A stretch of DNA of 64,000 nucleotides from Antedon mediterranea (Eukaryota > Animalia > Echinodermata): NCBI RefSeq assembly GCF_964355755.1, contig NC_092673.1, positions 992,001 to 1,056,000 on the forward strand, written 5' to 3'. Made by a program: the position numbers and the translations under genes. A model generated the notes under the pieces. The model ran no database searches. It was not told the DNA's origin and was given only the letters and a program-made list of their open reading frames with translations. Below are positions 1 to 14,900 of this stretch, piece by piece. Position 1 is the first letter of the stretch; every line of letters begins with the position of its first letter.

Positions 1-908
1 TCGTATTCATCATTCATTACGATTTAAAACAGAGCTTAGCTAGAAATGTTCGATTCGCGTTAAAATTCGTGTGAAAAGAGCTTAACAATGTTACGGCCTG
101 TTTCCACACAGTGCAACTTCACGGATACGATTTGTGTTTAGGAACTCCCGCCATCTTTATCAAGAATAAAGTTCCTTTACATATTCCGACAATCCCAAAA
201 ATCCCATAATACACATGTTTGTGGCCATTAAAGCAATTATCGAATTCGTGTGTAAGTGTTTGCTTAATACCCAGTTCAAAACTGCCATTTAAATTATACG
301 TTACCTCCACATACACGAGTTCGATAACCGGGAACCTACATGCTTTTGACGTAGACTAAAACTGTATTATCATGACCATAAGTTATCGTCATGTTTTATA
401 AAATGACATGCTTTTCATCAACTTGGGGACTACATTATAGACAACAAGATTCCGCTGCCATGTCTGCCGTAATTATCGATGAGCCTGCAAACATTTCGAG
501 AAAATTAGGAAAGAAAATGGGTGGCGTAACAGTGACGTCACAAGTAATGTGTCTAATGATCAGATAATGAAAACGGGGAAAAATGTAAATGGAAAATGTT
601 TATAATAGCGTCGTCTCGCCTGTTATGTACACATTTAAGCCTACTTCTACTGGTGAACAAAATATTTTTGTTTATTAGACCATTTCAAAGTCACATAATA
701 ATTTTTACCAAAAATTAGATTTAAAAAGTATTTACGTAATAAATCATAATTTAAAGAAATAAGAGAAAAAGAGAGATATCCGTAGAAGTGTTTGGATCAA
801 TGTTGTAACTGTTTATTTTGTTTCGAAATCGTTATTTTTTCCATAACTTTATTAAAACGACATATTATTTATAGTTTGATTGTATTCATTCTTATTTTTC
901 ATGTTTTA

Positions 909-986
909 GGGACAATATACATCATTAATGTTCTGGGACAATATACATCATTAATGTTCTGGGACAATATACATCATTAATGTTCT
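909..986. repeat. Tandem repeat, 26 bp x3
   Basis: GGGACAATATACATCATTAATGTTCT starts at 909, 935 and 961. Confidence 0.9.
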
Positions 987-1249
987 GGTTCCGTGTACTC
1001 GGTACGTGATTGATTGCATTCAGCATTATTTTGGAAAAAATATGTCTTAAAAATACGATTACTGGACATTAGTAAGTAGATAAGTAAGAGACTAAGTCCG
1101 ATGATTATTATACTGCATTAAAACGACGTGCTGACACGATCAGGTACGTGTGTACACGAATGAATGAAGTTTAATTACTAATGAAAAGACCAAAAATAAA
1201 ATATCCCAAAAATAAGCTATGATCCATTATACTCATCAGATAGTCTAAT

Positions 1250-1409
1250 GCTCTGTCTGCACTATCAAACTTTATGTGACAACAAATTGTGATATACCCA
1301 TATATGGATATGATGATGTCATATCACTACCATATTTGGGCACATCACCACCATATTTGGGCACATCACACTTCTTTTGTCAAACTAGTTTGATAGTGTA
1401 GACAGAGCT
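1250..1409. mobile_element. MITE family A, copy 1 (~150 bp)
   Basis: TIRs GCTCTGTCT(G/A)CACTATCAAAC ... GTTTGATAGTGTAGACAGAGC; four more copies in the window. Confidence 0.85.
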
Positions 1410-3349
1410 TATAATGGCAATGTAAAAAAGGAATATACGTTTCTAAGCCTGATTATGAAAAGGATATCCATTGTGTGTGCTGAGTCCTTTGTCGGGAACA
1501 CACCTCCCTGGTGGAATACCCTACGAATTCTCGTACGCGCGTTGGTAAATTACACCTGCGGTGCGCGTGCGTACGTATGTTGTTGCGTCCATGTTGTAGT
1601 TGTGTTTGCATTGCGACCGGGTATCCTAATCATTAGCTGGTTAATGTTTCCAAGGAGGGCAGCATATGTATTGCTATCACGATCAGAGAGCAGAAAACAT
1701 TGTTTCGTTTCTATATGCACAGAATTAGCTTAGAAAAATGAATTTTCGCCCTCGCGACAAAAAAAAATCCATCCAACAATCAATCAGCAACCAATCAAAC
1801 CAACTATCATTTTCGATCAACCAATCAATCGCTCAACCGATCAATCATCACTTTAAACATGCGCACAATACGTTAATAATATTGCACCAACTTTCTGCTT
1901 TCTCACAATTTTTCTCTCAATGAGTAATTTTTTTTTTTATAAATTATAGGCCTACATCATTTTGGCGTGGGTGTATGAATGTAAATTGAAGTAGCAGACA
2001 GTGCACTAAACACATTGGGAAGATACAAAATGGAGTCCATACAAGTTAATGTCTTAATCTGTCTCATTAAATCTTATTCAGTTAATCTATTTTGAAACAA
2101 ATAGTTGCCCACATTGGGCCTGTCCACTGAGTGCGGATTCCGGTTGGAAGGCCGGATAAAAAATAGAAAAAGCGTTTATATTTTTTAAGAATACAACAGA
2201 ATTTTACGAATAATCAAACTCATTCCGGATTCCGTAACAAAAACCCAACATTGCGAAAAACGTAACGCATACCGTTCATCTCATCTTTGGTTTATAATGG
2301 GTACCGGTTTGTAACGATAAACATAATCATTCGTATACTGTCATTTAACGAGAGCCACATAGCATCGGCATACTACCTATGCATTTTTTATGCTGTGTTT
2401 TCATTTTCTTTTTTTATTACGAAAAAGGTTGATTTATCTTGAAAGGTAAAATGTGAATGTTGCGGCACACTGCGGCGGAAGAAGGAACATTAATCATGAA
2501 TGTACCTCTATGTCATTAATGTAGTATATCATTAAAACGTCTTTAATAAACTTGAAAACGAAAACTGTATGCTGTCAGACGTGATAGTTACTGATGGTCA
2601 TCACTCAGTGTGCGCACGCTACCCTCTAGGCCACAAAATATCATCATTCTCAAGCAGCATCTCAACAACATTATTTCACATCTAGTTTTCAGCTCTAGAC
2701 TTAAGCTGCTTTCACATCACGCCCGGATTCGGTCCGGCCCTCTCTGAAAAAATATCGTGGAAAATGTGTTCAGTGGTAAACACCCATTCACACCACAATC
2801 CTACGATTTGAATCCGTACCTGATTCGGACTTCGAATTCGGAGGGATGGATTAAGAAGCCATTTTGTTTCAATCAATATATGAATGATCTCGTTATAATT
2901 ATAATTAATGTCACATAAAAGTTATTCACTTTAAATAAAAATTGGATCGAAGAAAAAATGATTTACCTGAAAAACTATAATTTAACGCAAAAAATAGTCA
3001 AATAGACTGGAAGTCAATTGGTATTTGGAAAATGTAACTGTTTATTTGTTGTCTTTTTTCCTATGGAAGTAAATAACTTCATTTAAACTGCAAAATGGGC
3101 TATTAAAATTTTGATTTTATAAATCTTAATTTTTCATGATTTTGGGGGAGATCTTTAAGCATAACATGCTATAGGCATAATTAGTTTAGTAAAAAAAATA
3201 ACCCCTAAAATCACTAGAAGAGCACTTCAAAAGGAATTGGATTCATTTTGTTCTTTTTGTATAGAGTCTAGTAGGTTAATGATCATTTGCTACATTACTG
3301 CCGATTTAAAAATCACATCTATGGAATTTGTAAGATTAATTGCTGTGGT

Positions 3350-4688
3350 AATGTTCGAGTCAGACCCGAATTAAAGACATTGTACCGATAAACAAAGACA
3401 TTGTACCGATAAACATAATCTATTTAATCTATGTTCAAGTCAGACCCAAATCAAAGACATAGTACCGATGAACATAATCTAATGTTTAAGTCAGACCCAA
3501 ATCAAAGACATAGTACCGACAAACAAAGACATAGTACCGATAAACAAAGACATAGTACCGATAAACATAATCTATATTCAAGTCAGACCCAAGACAAAGT
3601 ACCGATAAACATAATCAAATGTTCAAGTCAGACCCAAGACATAGTACCGATAAACATAATCAAATGATCAAGTCAGACCCAAGACATAGTACCGATAAAC
3701 ATAATCAAATGTTCAAGTCATACCCAAATCAAAGACATAGTACCGATAAACATAATCTATGTTCAAGTCAGACTCAAATCAAAGACATAGTACCGATAAA
3801 CATAATCAAATGTTCAAGTCAGACCCAAGTCATAGTACCGATAAACATAATCTATGTTCAAGTCAGACTCAAATCAAAGACATAGTACCGATAAACATAA
3901 TCAAATGTTCAAGTCAGACCCAAGACATAGTACCGATAAACATAATCAAATGTTCAAGTCAGACCCAAATCAAAGACATAGTACCGATAAACAAAGACAT
4001 AGTACCGATAAACATAATCAAATGTTCAAGTCAGACCCAAATCAAAGACATAGTACCGATAAACATAATCAAATGTTCAAGTCAGACCCAAGACATAGTA
4101 CCGATAAACATAATCAAATGTTCAAGTCAGACCCAAATCAAAGACATAGTACCGATAAACAAAGACATAGTACCGATAAACATAATCAAATGTTCAAGTC
4201 AGACTCAAATCAAAGACATAGTACCGATAAACATAATCAAATGTTCAAGTCAGACTCAAATCAAAGACATAGTACCGATAAACATAATCAAATGTTCAAG
4301 TCAGACCCAAGACATAGTACCGATAAACATAATCAAATGTTCAAGTCAGACCCAAGACATAGTACCGATAAACATAATCAAATGTTCAAGTCAGACCCAA
4401 GACATAGTACCGATAAACATAATCAAATGTTCAAGTCAGACCCAAATCAAAGACATAGTACCGATAAACAAAGACATAGTACCGATAAACATAATCTATG
4501 TTCAAGTCAGACCCAAGACATAGTACCGATAAACATAATCAAATGTTCAAGTCAGACCCAAATCAAAGACATAGTACCGATAAACAAAGACACAGTACCG
4601 ATAAACATAATAAAATGTTCAAGTCAGACCCAAATCAAAGACATTGTACCAATAAACAAAGACATTGTACCGATAAACATAATCTATT
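3350..4688. repeat. Modular minisatellite (units of about 45/50/71 bp)
   Basis: Built from modules ATGTTCAAGTCAGACCCA, optional AATCA, one to three AAGACATAGTACCGATAAAC, and ATAATCAA/ATAATCT. It explains all ORFs at 3431-4722. Confidence 0.95.
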
Positions 4689-5444
4689 GACATTTAGAAT
4701 ATTGCCTTTGATATATAATTGATTAAAATATTTAAGAAAACATTTGAGCGAATAAAACGAACATAGTTTAACCATTATTAAGCGTATTCAGTTTTTTTAA
4801 CATTGAAAGATTTAGTAATAGGAGTAGTCAACACAGACGACAACAATTTACTGTTTAAATTTTCTTCGCAATAATAATTCGAATAAAACACGTTTTCATT
4901 GAACGACGAACACGACAGCAATTCTTACATTTTTCCGCAATGACAATTTCGAATAAAAAACGCGCGTTTTCGTTTAACGCAATTGCACATTTTGTCCACA
5001 TTGGCCATTCCAGTTTTCTTGGCAAAGTGTGCACAACAATTATTAACATTATTCAACGTCGGTGATTCAGGCGCTTATTCGATCACTACGGTAATTTAAG
5101 TTTGTGTAACTGTAATATTCTTGTATATGGCCGCCATGGGCATACGGCTAATATGACTAAAATGCTTAGATTTATTTCAAAATATAATTTGATTATTTTC
5201 TCATTTATCAAGTGATGTAAATTTTGAATAGAAATTATTATTGTTAATATAGTTAATAGTTAATAAAAGTCCAATAGTAAAACAAAAGCTGTGGTGTGCT
5301 GGTCGTGCACGGTGGTGGCGATGGTAGGCCTCGATCATTGCCGATTGTAATGATGATAGCAGATTTTGACCGAAAAAATATACAAAATAATTGTATGATA
5401 TGATTTATAATCATCACGCTGGATATTTGTGCGTAATTGATAAT

Positions 5445-6155
5445 TTCCTTCTATCCGCCTCCTTCTTTCTGTCTTCTTCTTTCAGCCTCCTTCTATCCGT
5501 CTCCTTCTTTCTATCCGTCTCCTTCTTTCTTTCTCCTTAATAATAATAATAATAATACGATTTATAGAGCGCACATATCCACAAAGTGCTCAAGGCGCTA
5601 TCCGTCTCCTTCTTTCTTTCTCCTTCTATCCGTCTCCTTCTTCCTTTCTCCTTCTATCCGTCTCCTCCTTTCTTCCTCTATCCGTCTCCTTCTTTCTTTC
5701 TCCTTCTATCCGTCTCGTCCTTTCTCTTTCTTCGTCTATCCGTCTCCTTCTTTCTTTCTTCTTCTATCCGTCCCCTTCTTTCTTTCTTCTTCTATCCGCC
5801 TCCTCCTTTCTTTCTTCTTCTATCCGTCTCCTTCTTTCTTTCTCCTTCTTTCCGTCTTCTTTCTTTCTTTCTCCTTCTATCCGTCTCCTCCTTTCTTTTT
5901 CCTTCGATCCGTCTTCTTCTTTCCGCCTCCTTCTTTCTTTCCGTCTTCTTTCTTTCCACCCCCTTCTTTCCGTCTCCTTCTTTCTTTCTCCTTCTATCCG
6001 TATCCTCCTTTCTTTCTTCTTCTATCCGTCTCCTCCTTTCTTTTTCCTTCTATACGTCTCCTTCTTTCCACCTCCTTCTTTCCTTCTTTCTCCTTCTTTC
6101 TTTCTCCTTCTTTCAGTCTCTTTCTTTCAGTCTCCTTCTTTTCGCCTCATTCTTT
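5445..6155. repeat. Pyrimidine-rich degenerate repeat (CTATCCGTCTCCTTCTTTCTTT)n
   Basis: Almost pure C/T on the plus strand for about 700 bp; the F/S/P/L-rich ORFs are by-products. Confidence 0.9.
5539..5598 (-). mobile_element. Very short 5'-truncated LINE/SINE 3' tail inserted in the CT repeat
   Basis: Minus strand reads GCGCCTTGAGCACTTTGTGGATATGTGCGCTCTATAAATCG(TAT)n, an L2/CR1-like tail; a related tail lies at 28711-28757. Confidence 0.6.
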
Positions 6156-7805
6156 CGTACCGTTGCTTATGAAATTTTAACTTATCTTATCTTTAAAGGT
6201 TTAGATTTAAATAATGAAAAGTGTCGTCCGACCGGTGACTTCAAATGCACATTATCATATATCCCTTTCAATTATTTTGCATTTTGCATAATTTGAATAT
6301 GATTTTTCTCTCACTGAAATGCTAATAAGGCATGGCTGCCACATGAGTAGCATACCGATGAAGTTGATGATAATGTACTTAAAGTTGATAGCACCGACAA
6401 GCTTAGCTTTGATTAATCTTAATTAATATAACTATAAAATCATACTTTTTCATTCCGCCCGACACGAGCAATCATGCAATAATATAAAAGCCCTAAGTGA
6501 AGACAATATTGTTTAATGAATAAACATAATGTATAAGGCGCCTTGTTATTTTAATTTCATTCAATTTCCATCCTCATCGAAAAAGAACAAATCATTTGCA
6601 CAAAATATGTTCTTTATTTCTAAATTGATACATCGAATGTGCAAGCAGAAACAACAACATTACCTTACAAAGGTTTTTAAAGAAAACATTGCAACCGAGA
6701 AGCAGTGTTATCGTGTCCTTCATATTAACAATGTCATAATTAAATCTAACGCCACTACTATTTATCAACAATACATGCGTAATATGCCTAATTAATAACA
6801 GAAATAAACTTGGATTGGATTAAGACATAAATTGATGACGTCAGGAGATGAGTATAAGAAAAATAAAAATGTCCCAAGATTATGGCCACATGTATTATCT
6901 GTCATTTTGACTAAAAACAGGCTGTTTTTACTGAATAATGATCAGATTTTGGTCTATAATGGTTTGATTATCAATATTGAAGAAAAATGTAAATTGTACG
7001 TAGAATATATTATAAGCCTTACACAACAATGATCGTATTTTGCTTAGTATTTCGTTCACGTCACATTTTCTAACGCATGGTTGATATTAATCTAGGCTCG
7101 TACAACCGACGAAGAGAATTAAATTACATTTGTGATCAAGTTAGATGTGAAGAAATAAGAAATAAATCATAAGTTATATCATTGTAAATCTCTTGGGATG
7201 TGTATAAGGCAATTCGACACCTTACATCTTATTTAATTCACAATTTGGATTCTATTCCGAGAACAAGCGAATCAAAAAATACAAAATAATGATAGCCGAA
7301 AAAGAGCCGCTAACTCAAATTAGCGAGCGAGCGGCGTCACCAATGGCATAACCCTGTAACGCTTAAAAACGCTGACTCAAAAATATAATTATAAGGTGTT
7401 TACGCCAAAATCGCTTCAAAGGTATGATTTTGTTGATGAAAATGCAACTAACCTATTTTGTAGTGGGGTTTGGTTACAATTGATTGGACTTTATGGCTTT
7501 ATTTAGAAGGACCCACAATTTCATATTTATATATCTAAAATTATAAAGAAAGACAGTCAATCAATTGTTTCATTTCGTTTACATAGTGGAGCTTGGTAAA
7601 CGTGTTTGCCTTTCAATTCAGGGTGTAATTCAGTCCTAGTGCCAGGTTGTAACTCCACTCCCTAAGCCTCAAATGAGACTTCGTTTATAAGCACGATATA
7701 TCATAAATTATTTTTGTCTGTAATTTGCGACTTGCTTGCTGTTGAATGTGTATGAAAAAAACTCTAAAAAAACTGATCCGATACGAAAAACTCATAAAAA
7801 AACCG

Positions 7806-7977
7806 ATCCGATGTCAACATAGGCTGATCACCATCATCCTCGTTACCATCCGATGTCAACATAGGCTGATCACCATCATCCTCGTTACCATCCGATGTCA
7901 ACATAGGCTGATCACCATCATCCTCGTTACCATCCGATGTCAACATAAGCTGATCACCATCATCCTCGTTACCATCA
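7806..7977. repeat. Tandem repeat, 42 bp x4
   Basis: ATCCGATGTCAACATAGGCTGATCACCATCATCCTCGTTACC; gives the 14-aa period in the overlapping ORFs. Confidence 0.92.
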
Positions 7978-8686
7978 TGATTTTCATACGAAAAGTATGT
8001 TATTTATTCATCTATTTAAATATAGAATGCGTAATAATGCATAATTCATATTGTTTCTTGGTAAAATGATATTGTTGTATTTTACGTTAGCGGCATGCAC
8101 AATGCAATATCACATCGTTTACAGCATTGACTCACTTTTTGTGAAATTAAAATCAGTCCGCGGGCGTTCAAAAATATTTTTGGTATATTAAACAAAATAA
8201 AATACTACTACATAGTAGGCCTATCAACAGTCGGCTTAATATTACATTATCAATTGTAGTCTCAAGTCAGACACAAAAGAAAGCCCAAGGTTTTTTTGAT
8301 TTAACAGCCAATAGACTTAAACTGCCAATAAATAAGATAAGTTTCTTATGTATCAAATCAAATTCACTAACACTGTAATTGATGTAGACAATATTATTTA
8401 ATGTAATACATACTTGATAGCTACAGGTAGCTATTAAATAATACAATAATAGACAACTTGAAATAAAAGAGGAAAATACCAATCTTATTAATTAAAAAAA
8501 AGCAATAAACATGTATGATTGCCACTTAATCAATGTTAATATTGGAATGCTATTAAAGAACCACAATATAATTGCTAAATCTAAACTAAATAGTCCCACC
8601 GTATAAAAAATTATCTCTTACTTTATCTATAGAGATATTATAGCATCTATTCTTTATCATGCTAAACATATCAAATACTATTTTTA

Positions 8687-8960
8687 CTATAAAAGTTGTG
8701 ATAAAACTTTCTCGACAAGTACCAACATACTTCGGAAAAACTCTTCAGTGTCACCGCTTGCTAACTCATCTCGCGCCAACCCATCGTACTCTATCTTCAA
8801 CTGGTTGAGATGATCAACTAAGTCTTTAAAGTGTGCTTTGCACGGCGTGAGTAGGCTGCTCATAGCAAGCAACACTTTCTCTCTAACATCATGATCACTG
8901 GAGAATATTGGTCGCACTATCAAACACCCATGATCTACTATGATTTTAGATATATTAACT
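8687..8960 (-). CDS. SIL1: SIL1 coding exon 7 (last)
   Basis: Acceptor ttccag; VNISKIIVDHGCLIVRPIFSSDHDVREKVL...EKVLSQLL, TAG. Confidence 0.9.
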
Positions 8961-11900
8961 CTGGAAGAGAATAAAAGTCAAGCAAAGGTTTAAAACAATT
9001 TTAGTTTTTTAATTTCAGTGCATGTATTATTTTTGACTTAATATTAGTAAAAAGATAAATATTTTGGCACATATGGTGTTTCATACCTATACTACTTGAG
9101 CTTGTAAACTGTATTTTTAGACAAAAATCGAAAAAGTTGACTGGTGGACATAAAAAAGACAATAACTACAGACTTTGGGCAAGTCTAGTATTATATACAG
9201 AGCATTTAAAGATTCATGTGGAAGATGTCTGTGAGAAGCCATACTAAGTGAGAGTGAGGCTTAATGAATATGGAAGATGTCTGTGAGAAGCCATACTAAG
9301 TGAGAGTGAGGCGTAATGAATGTGGAAGATGTCTGTGAGAAGCCATACTAAGTGAGAGTGAGGCTTAATGAATATGGAAGATGTCTGTGAGAAGCCATAC
9401 TAAGTGAGAGTGAGGCTTAATGAATAGAAATTGTAATCATAGAAACATTTTTAGTAATCTAAAAATAAAAGGAAAATATTTAGTTTATCAAGATCAATGG
9501 CAACCATGTGGATGAACATACTGATAATAAATGCCAGTGTTTTGAAATTAAACTGAAATATGTTTAAATTATTGTAAGGTTATCGTGTGTACCTTGTATG
9601 GGCCAATGCTTGCAATGGCATCAACCCAAGTGCTATCCTCCTAACCATGTCAACACTAAAGTATTATAACAACACTTAACAACTGAAATGCCCACCTTAA
9701 TGATGCTTTTGAACTGCTAGGTGTCCTTTTAAAACTAGCTACTTTAGGTAGTAGAATTTTTGCAAGGTTGAATGTTAGCCCTAAACTTGATTTTAACTGC
9801 CTTATCTTTGTATGAACTTAACATGGATGTCGTACATCCATTAAGAAATGCATAAAATAAAAGTAAAATTTACATCCGAGTTCCGAAGATATTTTGAATA
9901 AAATTGGAAGTAATACACACGCACTGACGACAATTTTACAGTTTGTTCCACTTGCTAATTACATTCTTAAGAAATTCAACATAAATCATATCAAGGTATT
10001 TTACATTATCTCATCCTTTCAACATGATAGATGGCAATTTTTATAAATTACATTTTGACAATTTTTCTACATTTTTTGTAAACATTTAGTTTGTTGAAAT
10101 TTATATTTCCTGTAAATTAATCATGAATTTGTTAAATTATCCTACAAAAAAATATCACTAAAATATTAATCATTTTACATCAAAGGTCTTAAAAATTAAA
10201 GCTATCTTAAACGGATTAAAATCATGAACCTTTAAACTTTGATATTTTCATGTCAAACGCAACATAATAACTGGATTCTTTAATTGCCATTTTCGTTGAT
10301 TTATATATATTGTCGTATTTGTGGTTGTGGAATTTAATAACATTAATAGCAATAATGTTGTCAAAAGTTTACGATTCATGAAAATTAATAATAAAATTGA
10401 ACTCGGATTTCTAAACATGTTGTCACACATAACGTCAAGATGGAAAACAAGTCACATGACATTTGTGATGCAACGTTAAAAATGTATTTCAAGGATTTAA
10501 AACAAAACTACAAACAGTCAAGATAAAGATCTTGAGTACGAACTAAGTACCAAAGGAATTAAGAAATTAATCAAATTGTGGTTTTGGGAGAAGACTGTAC
10601 ATCTTAGCTTGAACTTTGACATTGATGTCACACATGGTAACTCACTCCAACAATGTCACGTCAAACCTCTATATTGTTATTATTCATTTACGCTTCATAA
10701 AGGCCAATTTACAATGATAATGATAATAAAAATATAGAATCTATGTTATTTCAAAGACAATTTACACACAACGAGGAGCAGACGGGCTGTTTCCACTGAG
10801 GATAGATACAGATTCTACGTGGGAAAAGCTATACGGTATTCGTCCATTTGATTTATTATCTCTTGCCATTGTTGTTTTTTGTTACTTTTTGTCTTTTGGA
10901 CGTTAATAAATGTTTTTTTAATTGAATTGAATTCCGCTTACCATTACTGCTTGTCTGTGTATATTGGCCTTTATTGAAATATCCCAACTAACATTATCAT
11001 CATCTTACAATTTAACATAATCATCTGTCTGGTCCATATCACCATTAAACCTCGTTAGCCTCCCTCATCGCAATAATTATAAAAAAACCAGCACACACAC
11101 TTCACTCATTTCTCCTCCTTATCCTAACCATCAACATACTATTATGTTTTTATATTAATAACCATCTCTTATAGACAAAACAATTATCATTATGTTTACA
11201 TATAGCTCTCATTTCAATAGACAAAATCATTATCATTCATCAGCGTTCATTATATAATAACCTTAATTTGATTGAAATTCCTTCAAAGGAACAGAGAATT
11301 TCTTTCGTAAGTCACCTACAATTTATTATCAAATCATGAAAAACAGCTTTAAATATAAATTCATGCAACTTGGATAAATTAGATATTGATGAATTCTAAA
11401 CTTCCTAAGTAAAATTACCTAATTAATGAAAGTTAAAACAAATTATTCCGCTTGTTACGACAAAATACAATTCTACTTTGTGATAAGTCGAAAACAAACT
11501 CATTATAATAGCTGCTTTAATTCTATTGAAAGCGTAACAATAACGAAGGAGGCCAGGACAATATTTACTCTAGAAATAATTCACTACTGATGGTCAAAGC
11601 AAACTGTGCATCGAGAATTTACAGATAATAATTATTGGTATTTTTTTCAGCGCTCTTACTAACGCTGGTAAGGAAATCGATTAAACAAACACTTAGATGT
11701 CAATTGCTAAACACCTAGCGCTGATAATCAAAGCATGCATGGAATGTTACTACAGCAATGACTTGAGCAAGTTTACTTTCCTTAAAGTGTTGATAAATAC
11801 GATCTAGATAGATCTATTAATTGGTGTATGTGTTTGCTGTACTTAGAACAACAACCTCTTTTCCAGCAAATACATTAGTCACCGATTGATTCAAAGATTC

Positions 11901-14900
11901 GATAATTATAAATAGGGTCAAATGTAGCTAATGCACAGCAAAACGATTTAAATCTAGGTAAATATGAACAGTGCATGAACAGTTGGTTAACCAAAAAGCC
12001 ATCGGCAGTACGAGGAGAGACTGCATTAAGGCCAATAAATGCAGATGGCGCTATAGTCTTTTGAAAAATACGAAGATATATAACCCAGTGTAGTGTACTT
12101 CCTAAGCATGTTTTGTCAGCAATATTTACTAAATTGGCTCCAACCGGTATTAAAACGGTGTAAGAAAATCATACATAAAGTACTACTTTTTTTATAGTGA
12201 TATCAGGCCAAAAATGTACCAAGAACAAAGGCTATATTTTGTCAATTGCATTGAGTATAATATGAGTTTAGATTAGATACAATCAACCAGGATCAGGTGT
12301 TCCGCTTAATTGTTAATTAACCTTTTGAAAACTGTGTTGTGTTGAAAAATTTATTTCAAGTATATTATTGATTCAATTCAAAATAACACATTATTTTCTT
12401 AGAGCAAAAGACAAATACAAAAAGATCAAAAGATAAAAACAAAAGACCATAAAAAAACACACACACACAAAACATAGAATTCTTAAAAATGTAACCAACA
12501 GGAAAAGAGTGAACCTTTTTATCATTAAATGTTTCTTTTTTGTGTTGGCTATCATTTTTCAAATGGTTAATATTTATTATAGTACAGTATATATTTCCAT
12601 TTGCTTAGTTGATTATGATTGCTGCAGATTGCCATAGACATGTTATATAAAAAAAAAAAAATGAATGTTTTGTATTCGTTGAATGTGGATACTTTCAGTC
12701 ATTGAAAATTGCTCTATTTAACTCATGAAATTATTGACTCCATTCAACCCATAACATTCATATTTGCAATGCAATAGACAATAAAATATGTTTACTTACT
12801 GGTTATACTGTTCTAAACGTTGCCTAGCAACTGTGTCTGAAGGATCATTGTCTACAGTTTCTTGTGCTGAATTCTGTAAAATAAGTCACATCATTAAAAA
12901 TAAATCTCTAAATAGCCTCATTTAGCTATTTAATTTGGATCAATTGATTTTGTATCTTCTTAAAAGAGAATTCATATTAAAAACGATAATAGTGTCGGAG
13001 CGAAGAGGAATTTGTTAAGGAGGCCGCAATCGACACAATTATCAGATGTTAAAATGGAAATCGCATCGAAAATAGTTCATATACATGATGACAAATTCTA
13101 GAGGGCAGCATATATATTTTTCTACTTGCCATGATTTGGTATATTACAGTAAAAAGCTATACTTACTCTAAATATTACAAATATTATTGTTGTTAACATA
13201 ACTGTTTACGAATAATTGACAAGTAATAATAGTATTTAAATGAACTTACATGCTCTACGACTAAATCATTAAATAAACTAACAGCACGAATTTGAAGTGG
13301 AAGCATTGCGGAACTTTCTCGCTGAAGAACCTGGGAAAGACTCGTCACGCCCCCTAACGACACAAACTTGCGTTGAGCATAGGGAAAGTGACGTATGAGG
13401 GACGAGAGGGCATACAATGCTTTTTTCTGGACATTAAAAGACTGATCAAAATGCATCATACGCAGAAGTAGTGTCATAGCGCCCTCTTCAATACCTTGGA
13501 TTTGTACTTTTGGATTGCTGAAAGATAATAATAATATGGGTATTTATTATTAGAAAATTGTTGAATCACAAAAAATAAATAAAAAACTACAGACAAAAAT
13601 CTGTTATCTTTTGTAGATCTTGATTGTTATATAGAATACAATAACACAAATATAAAATAAGCCCACTTCCTCACAGAGAATGGAATGCAAAGAATGTTCT
13701 TATGTGTAAACTACAAAGAAATTTCTTTACAAATCAGATCGTTTACCGTTCTTTTTCGTCAACAGTGTGACTTCCTCTAGCCAAAAAATAACCGCAGAAT
13801 CCCATTGACAAAAAATGTCGGTAAATTATCTTTATAGTGGAGATCTGCAAGTGTGTAAATCTATTAGTGTTGTACAAATGACTATATAGATTAGAGGTAT
13901 AGTGATATGATTATAGTTAATAATTTGTTGTTATGGATCTATGAGTGGCATATAGGGTTACCCTCCTCTTTTCAAGTTTGTAGATTTTGTTGTAGATAAG
14001 GTAGTTAGTCAGGTGTACTTGACACGTAAACTTTGTGGTCATTCACCTTAAATATCACAAATTTCACACAGATTTTTTATAAAAATTATCATAATATTAT
14101 GGGTAGTTGTCTTATTAAAAATTAATTAATGGTTGATTACATTTTTACTCAAATAAAATCTAGGAATGGTTGCTGTGTTTTGTAACTTTTCAGGAATCAA
14201 TTTTTGAATTTTTTTTGTCTGTATTGACATCCTCAGTATCTAATAATAATAAAAATATAAACTTTAAAATGTTAATTGATTCTTGAAAAAATGTAATTAA
14301 ACCCACATACTTAGACGTAATGGGTTTACTAATCTGAAAGTCATTTACTAAAAATAATTTTATGACACAGATTACACACAGCAGAAATATTTAATACAAT
14401 CAACTTTTGTAAAGCTTAAAAACCAATTATCTATATAACAATCACTTTTTATCACTGCATTCAATATATTCAATTAGCCTATATATCATACAACTGTTTA
14501 AGTGCAGAGGCGTAGTGTCTATACTATCTACCTATTTACTACTTATTACTAGATCTTTATCTACAAATCCTGATTGTATCAGTTACAAATAAGTCTGCTA
14601 ATATCCCAACATGGTGTCAAATTCATCGCCTAGGGCTTTATTTCAGCGATGTGTTAATTAAGTAACTTATTTGTCAGATAATCTTGGTGATAAGCAAGTG
14701 CTTTGATGTAAGTATACAAACTAACAAATAATTAATCTTTACAAATTTGTAATTTATTGTCAGTGTCAACGCCCTTAATTTCTCCCACTTTTTAATTGTT
14801 GATACATTTTGCATTCATACAACATACAAAGTATCAAACAGGAGTTGTAGCTCAGTGGTTAAGATATCTGGCAGCCCAATCAACATACAAAGTATCAAAC

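Noticed and set aside
3350-4688. CRISPR-like appearance and long ORFs (254 and 278 aa)
   Set aside because: No unique spacers and no cas genes; the ORFs are translations of the repeat in shifting frames.
5437-6296. Two long hydrophobic ORFs
   Set aside because: C/T-only sequence cannot encode stop codons; low-complexity artefact.
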